A DNA stretch of 45,006 bases from Opitutales bacterium (GTDB taxonomy: Bacteria; Verrucomicrobiota; Verrucomicrobiia; Opitutales; Seribacteraceae), in assembly GCA_038137235.1 (NCBI GenBank), contig JAYQBI010000001.1:1-45006 (forward strand). The letters run 5' to 3'. The position numbers and the translations under genes are program-made. Of this stretch, positions 20,166 through 27,765 are shown one piece after another. Under the pieces are notes generated by a model. That model saw nothing but the letters and a program-made list of their open reading frames with translations. It did no database searches and was not told where the DNA came from. Within the stretch, counting starts at the first letter, position 1; each line of letters opens with the position of its first letter.

Positions 20166-21570
20166 ATTCCTTCTTTTCAAGAGGCTCAGTTGCCCAAGAT
20201 GGAATCAAATTTTCCAGATGATTTGACCTGCTGCCCTTTAAGAGTACATTCCCATGAAAATCCTCCAGCAAAGGTCTCGCGTCCTCCAGGTCGTTTAAAA
20301 CCATTACCTGTTCTTTTCTGGCCCCAGAATCAATTAAGCCAGAAGCTATCCATGATGCTTTTTCCCCGACTAAAGCAACCATATCCTGGGATTCTAAAAC
20401 AATTCTAGAACCTGTAATATGATGTAGTTTACGTGCGTCATTTCCAAGTTCTTCCATTCCTCCGAGAACGAGCATTTTCTTCTTACCTTTACTTTCACGC
20501 TGGAAGAACTGTACGGAATCTTCCATCGAAGATGGATTTGCATTATAACAATCTACGAAATATTCGCACCCCCGACCCTGCAAGCGGTTGCCACGCAGAG
20601 TCGAGGGGCTGTATTGGGGTAGGCGTTCGCAAATTTCATCATCAGTCACCCCCAGTTTTGATGCCACCAATGCGGCCAAGGAAAGGTTGCTCGCCATCCC
20701 AGTGGATACCCTCGGGATAACGATCGAGAGCAAGGAAGATCCGTGCCGCCAAATTTTCAACACACACGAATCTTCCTGCTCGTTTGTTTCAGTCGAAAGG
20801 GTAAAATAAGCCTCATTAATACCAATTTTCTCACTTCCAGGGTCTACATTTTTAAGAACCTGAAATTGGTTGGTATTTTTAATTGCATTGGTAAAGCTTG
20901 GGTACCTTAAACAGGACTCTGGAAATATTGCCCACCGATCTTGGTTATTCTCCGTCCAGAGTTTAATTTTTTCCTCTGCTACCTGGTTTACCGTTCCTAA
21001 ACCATCAAGGTGAGACTGCCCAACCATTGTAATCACTGCAATGTCACAGTTGATCATTCCTTGCAGTTCACTCATTTCTCCTGCCTGGTTAATTCCAGCT
21101 TCGATAATAGCAAATTGATGTTTTTTTTGATCAATTTTTAATAAGGTAAGCGGGACTCCGAGATGATTATTAAAATTGCCTGCCGTTGAAATGGCTGCGG
21201 GAAGTAATTTTGCCAAGATTTCTTTGGTTGAAGTTTTCCCACAGCTTCCCGTTATTCCCACAACTGGTTTATTAAAAATATCGCGATGCCTTTTGGCAAT
21301 TTGCTGAAACCCTTTCAATGTGTCATCCACCTTTAGTTGCGGAATTTCTAAGGAATGATCAACGGTTTCAACAAGTGCACCACCAGCACCGCTAACCATG
21401 GCTTTTTTTATGAAATTGTGACCATCCCGATCTGCCTTGATCGCGATAAAAAGCTCATCCTTTTTGATTAAACGGCTATCAATGGCAAATCCACGCAACT
21501 CTTTACTTGGCATGTGGTTCCATTTTCCACCAGACCAATGCTCAAGATGCTTTGGATTAAAGAAAGGCAT
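20152..21570 (-). CDS. murF: UDP-MurNAc-tripeptide--D-Ala-D-Ala ligase
   Basis: IDSR, DGHNF, ITGSCGKTSTKE, NNHLGVPLTL, DCYNANPSSM, LLKGSR. Confidence 0.96.
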   Translation of the reverse strand: MPFFNPKHLEHWSGGKWNHMPSKELRGFAIDSRLIKKDELFIAIKADRDGHNFIKKAMVSGAGGALVETVDHSLEIPQLKVDDTLKGFQQIAKRHRDIFNKPVVGITGSCGKTSTKEILAKLLPAAISTAGNFNNHLGVPLTLLKIDQKKHQFAIIEAGINQAGEMSELQGMINCDIAVITMVGQSHLDGLGTVNQVAEEKIKLWTENNQDRWAIFPESCLRYPSFTNAIKNTNQFQVLKNVDPGSEKIGINEAYFTLSTETNEQEDSCVLKIWRHGSSLLSIVIPRVSTGMASNLSLAALVASKLGVTDDEICERLPQYSPSTLRGNRLQGRGCEYFVDCYNANPSSMEDSVQFFQRESKGKKKMLVLGGMEELGNDARKLHHITGSRIVLESQDMVALVGEKASWIASGLIDSGARKEQVMVLNDLEDARPLLEDFHGNVLLKGSRSNHLENLIPSWATEPLEKKEYAKC

Positions 21571-21576
21571 CTAGAT

Positions 21577-23112
21577 TCAGCTTCCCAGAAGCTTTGCATC
21601 AAGTAGTTCAGCTGCCACTATACGGTCATCAAAAGGAATTGAAGTATAATTTACCTCCTGAAATGTTTCATGACCCTTTCCTGCAATCAATACACAGTCA
21701 CCGTCATTTGCCTCATCGAGCACCTTGCTTATTGCCCTTCTTCTATCCTCAATAAACTTAATCTCTGCCCCCTTAGAAACTCCTTTTTTCATATCATCAA
21801 ATATTGACCTCAAGCATTCACCGCGGGGATTATCAGCAGTGGCAATTGTACTATCGGCACCGGCACATGCCACCCTGGTCATTTCAAGACGCTTCCCACG
21901 GTCTCTTTCACCTCCACATCCAAAAACAAGCCTTACTTTTCCCTTGGTACATTCCTTTAGCATCCCCAGGGCATTTCGTAATGCGTCAGGAGTATGGGCA
22001 TAATCAACAACCACCCGATAATCCTGACCACGGTCAATTGTTTCCATCCTTCCTTCAACACCACCAAATGCTGATAGTTTTCTCACAGAATCTGATACTG
22101 AACGCCCCAACGAATGAATAATTGCAAACGAAGCAAGTACATTAAGAACATTATACCGTCCAATTAATGGACTCGCCGTTACCATTGAACCTGCAGGACT
22201 TTCCACTACAAACTTTGAACCATGCACATCCATAGTCAACTCTGTGGCACGGAAATCATTTTCTTGATTGAAGCCAAATGTTAACGCCCTCACTTGTGGT
22301 GGAAGTTCCTCCAACAATCTTCTTCCATATGGACAGTCACCATTAATAACCACTACCTTGGGTAATGAACCATTCGAACCGTTAAATAATTTTCTTTTTT
22401 CACGAAAGTACGCTTCCATATTCCCGTGATAGTCAAGATGGTCACGGGTAAGGTTTAAAAATGCAGCCACTTCAAGGTTTAATCCAGCCACCCGGGATTG
22501 GTGAATTCCATGCGAACTTACTTCCATAACCGCTTCAGAACAACCACCGGCTAACATATTTCTTAGTAATGCATAAAGATCAGCAGCTTCAGGTGTCGTC
22601 CGATAGGAAGGTAGTACACGATCCCCCAAATGGTATTTTACAGTTCCTACTAAGCCAACAGGTCTGCCAGGAGATTCAAGTAAATGCCTGGTCAGAGTAG
22701 TGACCGTAGTTTTTCCATTTGTTCCCGTTACACCAATTACTTTTAGCATTTCGTCCGGGCAATTATGATAGCGCTTTGAAAATTTTGCTAAGGCCACCCG
22801 GGCATCATCCACTCTCACCCGTACGGCACCACCAGGAATTTCAATATCGTCTGAATCGGTAACAATTACTTTTGCACCCCTCCTGACCGCTTCCTCCAAA
22901 TGTTCGTTTCCATTTGTTCTCATACCTGGTAAGGCAAAAAATGCAGACCCTGGGGTTACCCTTCTACTATCAGAACAAATTCCTTGCAGGCTCACTTCAC
23001 CACGACTTTTTGCATAAATTGCCTCCTTGCCTGCTAAATCACGAAGATCAATCCGACCAGACATCCTGGTCCTGACATTATCCATAGTTTCGGTTTCAGT
23101 TTCTCTAATCAT
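21577..23112 (-). CDS. murE: UDP-MurNAc-dipeptide--meso-DAP ligase
   Basis: VTGTNGKTT, TTPE, MEVSSH, NLTRDHLDYH, DYAHTPD, DNPR (DAP-specific), AGKGHE. Confidence 0.97.
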   Translation of the reverse strand: MIRETETETMDNVRTRMSGRIDLRDLAGKEAIYAKSRGEVSLQGICSDSRRVTPGSAFFALPGMRTNGNEHLEEAVRRGAKVIVTDSDDIEIPGGAVRVRVDDARVALAKFSKRYHNCPDEMLKVIGVTGTNGKTTVTTLTRHLLESPGRPVGLVGTVKYHLGDRVLPSYRTTPEAADLYALLRNMLAGGCSEAVMEVSSHGIHQSRVAGLNLEVAAFLNLTRDHLDYHGNMEAYFREKRKLFNGSNGSLPKVVVINGDCPYGRRLLEELPPQVRALTFGFNQENDFRATELTMDVHGSKFVVESPAGSMVTASPLIGRYNVLNVLASFAIIHSLGRSVSDSVRKLSAFGGVEGRMETIDRGQDYRVVVDYAHTPDALRNALGMLKECTKGKVRLVFGCGGERDRGKRLEMTRVACAGADSTIATADNPRGECLRSIFDDMKKGVSKGAEIKFIEDRRRAISKVLDEANDGDCVLIAGKGHETFQEVNYTSIPFDDRIVAAELLDAKLLGS

Positions 23113-23126
23113 TATTTTTTACCCCA

Positions 23127-24923
23127 TTAAAAATTTTCACCCATTGATTTTTTATCACTAAGAAAAGATAGCTCAGCAGGCTTTGGCTTTATCCCCATAT
23201 AACCTATTACCTTTTTTGCCACTCTCTGAAAAACTGGGCCAGCCACACTTCCACCATAACCTAATCGGCCTTTGGTCATATTTGGTTCATCAACTACCAC
23301 AGTTACCGCAACCAATGGGTCCTCAGCCGGAAAAAACCCACAAAAGGAAGCTACATGATGCCTGTTCGAATACTTTCCATCGATTATTTTTTGAGTGGTT
23401 CCAGTTTTCCCCGCTACTGAATAACCGTTGATTTTCGCACGAACCGCAGTGCCTTCTGGACTAACCACAGAAACCAGCATTTCGGTCATTATTTTTGCAA
23501 CCTTTTCAGAAACTACCCGACGAACTGGGTCAGGATTAAAATTAACAACCGTTTTTCCTTCTTCATCAAATACACGCCGTATCAAAATTGGACGCATCAA
23601 TATTCCATCATTGGCTATAGAACTCATCGCTGCATGTACCTGAATAGCAGAAACAGCAACTGCATGGCCCATGGGCAATCGGGTGATTGTCAGCCCATCC
23701 CATCTGTCCGGATGATGGAGCATTCCACTTCTTTCACCCGTCAATCCAATCCTTGAAGAATCCCCAAAGCCAAACATTTTACAATAATCGTAAAGCCTTG
23801 AAGCTCCTAACTTTATTCCTAACTGTGCAGCTCCGCGGTTACTCGATTTCTGGACCACTTCCCGTAAGCTAATTTTTCCCAATGGATGATGATCACTTGG
23901 CAATCTTCTCACTCTGTTACCAACCTGATAGCTCCCAATTGAACAATCAATTATATCATCTGGATCAACTAATCTTTCATTTAAAGCACCACCAACTGGA
24001 ACAATTTTAAAAGTCGATCCAGGTTCGTACAAATCAGTTAACGCCCGGTTTCTTTGATTCTCCAGGGGAAACTCCCCGTAGTTATTCGGATCAAATGTTG
24101 GAACATTACCCAGTGCAAGAATTTCACCTGTTTTAGGAGAACTAACAATAATACTCGCACTTAGAGGTTCATATTCGTTTACAATGTTCCTTAACTCGCC
24201 CTCGACAATATCCTGAATCATTCGGTCGAGAGTTAATTCAACATTCAAACCATCTTTTTCTTTTACCTCCAATGACCGGTACTGAGGCATTTCCCGCCTA
24301 CGTCCATCACGTTCGCTTTCCCTCCAACCATCTTGGCCTTTAAGATAGTAATCTGAAAGCAACTCAACCCCCATACATGCCTTTCCCTCTTCGTTCACAT
24401 ATCCCAAAATATGTGATGCAAGAGACTGGTTCGGATATAGCCTTGAGTGTTGATAATTTCCATACACTCCCTTAATTCCCAGTTTTTTTATCTTCCTGTA
24501 TTCGCTTTCCTCAACCTCCTCCTTCAACTTCACCCATCTTACCAACCTGACAGATTCAGAACCCGCACCAGTTGGGCCAATTTTCTTATCAGCTGCAGCA
24601 CTGATTCTCTCCAGGGGGATTTGAAGTAATTTTGCTAATTCATCAAATTTTAAACGATCCTGATCGTCGATACTCTGTGGATCCATTCCCACAACTACGA
24701 CAGACCTTGTCGTAGCAAGTAAGTTACCCTTCCGATCAACTAAATCTCCCCGCCTTGCAGAAATGGGGATAAAATTTTTACGTGCATTAAGGGCAAAGCT
24801 TTCATACTTTTCTGAGTTTACTACCTGTAGATGGAAAAGCCTTCCCCCCAATGAACAGAAGGTCAGAAATATAGCAAAAAAAACGAGATAAAAACGATAG
24901 GGAGCGATGAAAACGTTTTTCAT
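23127..24923 (-). CDS. ftsI: Class B penicillin-binding protein (FtsI/PBP3)
   Basis: RGDLVDR, EPGSTFK (SxxK), SSN (SxN), KTGT. Confidence 0.95.
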   Translation of the reverse strand: MKNVFIAPYRFYLVFFAIFLTFCSLGGRLFHLQVVNSEKYESFALNARKNFIPISARRGDLVDRKGNLLATTRSVVVVGMDPQSIDDQDRLKFDELAKLLQIPLERISAAADKKIGPTGAGSESVRLVRWVKLKEEVEESEYRKIKKLGIKGVYGNYQHSRLYPNQSLASHILGYVNEEGKACMGVELLSDYYLKGQDGWRESERDGRRREMPQYRSLEVKEKDGLNVELTLDRMIQDIVEGELRNIVNEYEPLSASIIVSSPKTGEILALGNVPTFDPNNYGEFPLENQRNRALTDLYEPGSTFKIVPVGGALNERLVDPDDIIDCSIGSYQVGNRVRRLPSDHHPLGKISLREVVQKSSNRGAAQLGIKLGASRLYDYCKMFGFGDSSRIGLTGERSGMLHHPDRWDGLTITRLPMGHAVAVSAIQVHAAMSSIANDGILMRPILIRRVFDEEGKTVVNFNPDPVRRVVSEKVAKIMTEMLVSVVSPEGTAVRAKINGYSVAGKTGTTQKIIDGKYSNRHHVASFCGFFPAEDPLVAVTVVVDEPNMTKGRLGYGGSVAGPVFQRVAKKVIGYMGIKPKPAELSFLSDKKSMGENF

Positions 24924-25274
24924 CTACCGACTGTCCGCCAGTGCAGACCCTTGATATCCCTGCCAGTTTTCGACACCAAAATTACCACCAAGCCGAGCTG
25001 CCATTTCTCTACCAGTTACATGAACTGTTCTAGATGACGGGGGCATACTTAATCTTCCCGCAACCATACTTGCCAGCATCGCCGGTCGCATCATTTTTGA
25101 ACGCTGACCGCGTAATTCCCTTAATTCCCTCGCCACCATCTCCCGCTCATCCTCCATCCTTCCGCAAATCTTCGCAGTATCAGAAATTTCCATCCGCAGC
25201 CAAACAATGGAAATCGAACCGACTCCGAAAACAAAAACTGAAAGGAAAAGAACCATCCACCACACCCTTTTCAT
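24924..25274 (-). CDS. ftsL: FtsL-like bitopic coiled-coil protein
   Basis: TM helix then coiled coil; sits between rsmH and ftsI; TAATG overlap with the rsmH stop. Confidence 0.65.
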   Translation of the reverse strand: MKRVWWMVLFLSVFVFGVGSISIVWLRMEISDTAKICGRMEDEREMVARELRELRGQRSKMMRPAMLASMVAGRLSMPPSSRTVHVTGREMAARLGGNFGVENWQGYQGSALADSR

Positions 25275-26251
25275 TATTCAGTCAGTCCCCTCCTTTGCAG
25301 TTTTTGAAAGATTCGTAAACGGGCAGAACGGCTTCTCGGATTTGCCTCAACCTCTTCCTTCCCCGGTATGATTGCCTTTGTAGTAAGCATTTTCCCACTT
25401 GCACTACGCTCATGCAACAAACGACGGTCATACTTATGCTCAGGACGACCAGACATTTTCCGCATAAATCTTTTTACGATGCGATCCTCCAGCGAATGAA
25501 AAGAAATAACCGCAAGCACGCCACCCTCCTTCAATGCACCAAATGCCTGCGGCAAAGTTACCGCCAGTGCCTCCAACTCACCGTTAATCGCTATTCGAAT
25601 ACCCTGAAAAGTCTTGGTTGCAGGATGAATGCGCTGCCGGGGATTCCTACCCCCAACTGCCCTCGAAACAACCTCCGCAGCACTCATTGTCCTGGATAAT
25701 TCACCAGTGCCCCTTGCTTCAATAATTGCGTTCACCACACGGCGCCATCTTCTTTCCTCACCATATTCCCTTACTGCACGGATTAAACTTTCCTCTGAAG
25801 CAGTCTCCAAAAAATCAGCCGCACTGATTCCTTTCCTTGGATCCAAGCGCATATCAATTGGAGCATCCAAGCGAAATGAAAATCCTTTCTCAGGTTCCAT
25901 TAGCTGAAAGGAAGAAATACCAAGATCCATCAAAATTCCATCAAACTCACCTGCCGACGAAACCTGATCCAACTCCCTGAATGAACCATCATGGAATTGA
26001 AATCGATCAGGGAATTCACTCTGAAGTTCATTCGCACGCTGGGTTGCGTCAGGATCACAGTCAAAGGATAATAATTGGTTTATCGGATTTGCCTCAAGAA
26101 TTGCCCTACTGTGACCACCCCCACCAAAGGTTAAATCGGCAAACACTCCTCCACTTTCGGGCTTCAAAAAGCCCATACATTCTTGCAAGAGGACCGGTAT
26201 GTGCCTCACCGCAGATGGGGAACAAACGAACTCAACCGCACCACAATACAT
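25274..26251 (-). CDS. rsmH: 16S rRNA C1402 N4-methyltransferase
   Basis: HIPVLL, DLTFGGGGHS, DLGISSFQL, DMRLD, HPATKTFQGIRIAIN, FHSLEDR, NPRSRSARLR; start uncertain (TTG 26320, ATG 26251 or GTG 26209). Confidence 0.95.
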   Translation of the reverse strand: MYCGAVEFVCSPSAVRHIPVLLQECMGFLKPESGGVFADLTFGGGGHSRAILEANPINQLLSFDCDPDATQRANELQSEFPDRFQFHDGSFRELDQVSSAGEFDGILMDLGISSFQLMEPEKGFSFRLDAPIDMRLDPRKGISAADFLETASEESLIRAVREYGEERRWRRVVNAIIEARGTGELSRTMSAAEVVSRAVGGRNPRQRIHPATKTFQGIRIAINGELEALAVTLPQAFGALKEGGVLAVISFHSLEDRIVKRFMRKMSGRPEHKYDRRLLHERSASGKMLTTKAIIPGKEEVEANPRSRSARLRIFQKLQRRGLTE

Positions 26252-26381
26252 ATTTACCCCCCCCGAGGCCGACGCTTTCAGATAAAGTCGAGGCGCGAGG
26301 GAGGAGGCAAACTTCTTCAACCATTCCCCTTCTTTGGGAGACCACCCTAAAAGTCACCCAGTCCGGTTGAAAAAGCATCAT
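26232..26381 (-). CDS. Candidate 49-aa coupling peptide between mraZ and rsmH
   Basis: ATGATG overlaps the mraZ TGA (TTATGATG); reads MMLFQPDW...GGKYVLWCG and stops just inside rsmH. Confidence 0.3.
   Translation of the reverse strand: MMLFQPDWVTFRVVSQRRGMVEEVCLLPRASTLSESVGLGGGKYVLWCG
26257..26307 (-). promoter_or_regulatory. GC-rich mRNA hairpin pairing an anti-SD tract with the G8 tract before rsmH ATG 26251
   Basis: mRNA CCUCCUCCCUCG-CGCCU-CGACUUU-AUCUG-AAAGCGUCG-GCCU-CGGGGGGGG-UAAAU-AUG. Confidence 0.45.
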
Positions 26382-26824
26382 AACCCCAACTCCCTCATCG
26401 CATCGAAAATATTTCTTTGGTCGCCACTTGGACGCTTCGCGTAACGAGTTTCCGACCATATTGCAAAAGCTGAAAAATTTCCCACGAGCACGGCCTTCCC
26501 CTTTATTCCTGCATGCTCGATTAATTTGTCGTTCAGATTTATCCGGCCCTGCTTGTCGCAGCCAAAGGAATGCGCCTTTGCGAATAATTCCATTAATAAT
26601 GCCTGTGCACGAACATCTGAAAGACTCGCTTCTGCTACTTTTTCCTCGAGTCTCGCCACCATTTTTGGCGGATAAACCGTAACATAGCCTCCGGGGTTTG
26701 GCAGAGCGAGGTAAGTGTTGTCCCCTCCAGGAATCCTCCATTTTGAGGGTATGGTCAAGCGGCCCTTGCTGTCCAGCGCGTGGGTAAATTCTCCCACAAA
26801 AAAGGTTGTAGCTTCGCTTGCCAT
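26378..26824 (-). CDS. mraZ: dcw transcriptional repressor MraZ
   Basis: Two SpoVT-AbrB motifs, LDSKGRLTIP and CDKQGRINL; first gene of the dcw cluster. Confidence 0.97.
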   Translation of the reverse strand: MASEATTFFVGEFTHALDSKGRLTIPSKWRIPGGDNTYLALPNPGGYVTVYPPKMVARLEEKVAEASLSDVRAQALLMELFAKAHSFGCDKQGRINLNDKLIEHAGIKGKAVLVGNFSAFAIWSETRYAKRPSGDQRNIFDAMRELGL

Positions 26825-26841
26825 TAGCCCATTGCATCTAT

Positions 26842-26894
26842 CCTATTGTTTCCACTTTCAACCATTTCTTGCCATTTTGACCCACCATCGTCAA
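26842..26894 (-). promoter_or_regulatory. MraZ operator (10-bp-periodic RTGG repeats) next to a putative -35 TTGACG
   Basis: Minus strand TTGACG-atg-GTGG-gtcaaa-ATGG-caagaa-ATGG-ttgaaa-GTGG-aaacaa-TAGG. Confidence 0.75.
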
Positions 26895-26981
26895 GGATTT
26901 TCACAAAAATTTTACAAAAGTTTAAAATTTTGCATTCAACCGTTGATCAAATGTCCATCACTCTCCAAACCTTCCATTGGG

Positions 26982-27737
26982 ATGAAAAATAAACTTAGGG
27001 CTGATGAATTGCTGGTGGTAAATGGCACATGCGAGAGTAGAACTCGTGCCCAGGCATTAATTCTTGCCGGAAAAGTGAAATGGGGAACCGAGCGAATCGA
27101 TAAGGCGAGTCGGTTGATCCCTGCCGATTCTGTACTGACGGTTGAGAAGCCTTTTCCTTATGTTGGCCGTGGCGGGTTAAAAATGGAAAATTTTCTCAAA
27201 GAAAGTGGATGGGACGTTACCGGACTTTCCGTCCTTGACCTCGGTGCGTCCACCGGTGGCTTTACTGATTGCCTTTTGCAACATGGTGCCATCGAATCAA
27301 CCTGCGTTGATGTCGGTCATGGACAATTGCATTATAAGCTCAGGACCGACTCGCGGGTAACCAACCTAGAAAAAACGAATTTAAGAGACCTGATGGTCGA
27401 AAAGCTCCCCCAGAATAGTTATCCGCTAATTGTGATGGACCTGTCTTTTATTTCCCTGTGCAAAGTCCTCAATCATGCATGGAGTTTTCTCTGCCCCGGT
27501 GGAAAACTCCTGGCATTGGTGAAACCACAGTTTGAATGCACGAAAGAAGAAGCTGACCGGGGAAAAGGGGTAATCAGGGACTCTGCAGTTCAGGAGCGTG
27601 TAATTAATGAAGTCACCAATTTTGCCGAACTTCATTTGGAAAACAGTTCACTTATTGCCCAATTTCTTGCCAAACCGCACGGAACGGATGGCAACCTCGA
27701 ATTTTTTCTGGGCTGGGAAAAAATGAGGTCAGGATAG
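26982..27737 (+). CDS. tlyA: TlyA-family rRNA 2'-O-methyltransferase
   Basis: S4 domain RADELLV..SRTRAQALILAGKV, YVGRGGLKM, DLGASTGGFTD, DLSFISL, LVKPQFE, GNLEF; start moved to ATG 26982. Confidence 0.95.
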   Translation: MKNKLRADELLVVNGTCESRTRAQALILAGKVKWGTERIDKASRLIPADSVLTVEKPFPYVGRGGLKMENFLKESGWDVTGLSVLDLGASTGGFTDCLLQHGAIESTCVDVGHGQLHYKLRTDSRVTNLEKTNLRDLMVEKLPQNSYPLIVMDLSFISLCKVLNHAWSFLCPGGKLLALVKPQFECTKEEADRGKGVIRDSAVQERVINEVTNFAELHLENSSLIAQFLAKPHGTDGNLEFFLGWEKMRSG

Positions 27738-27765
27738 AAGTTTAAGCAACCGCAAACAGATTGGG

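Noticed and set aside
17686-21570. AT-richer patches in murD and murF as horizontal transfer
   Set aside because: The genes are in canonical dcw order with tight junctions and no mobility signatures
26715-26981. N-terminal extension of the tlyA ORF overlapping mraZ antisense
   Set aside because: Similarity to TlyA begins at ATG 26982 and the extension crosses the divergent promoter; similar over-long starts were trimmed for leuB, ftsA, ddl, miaA, trpA, waaA and phnD
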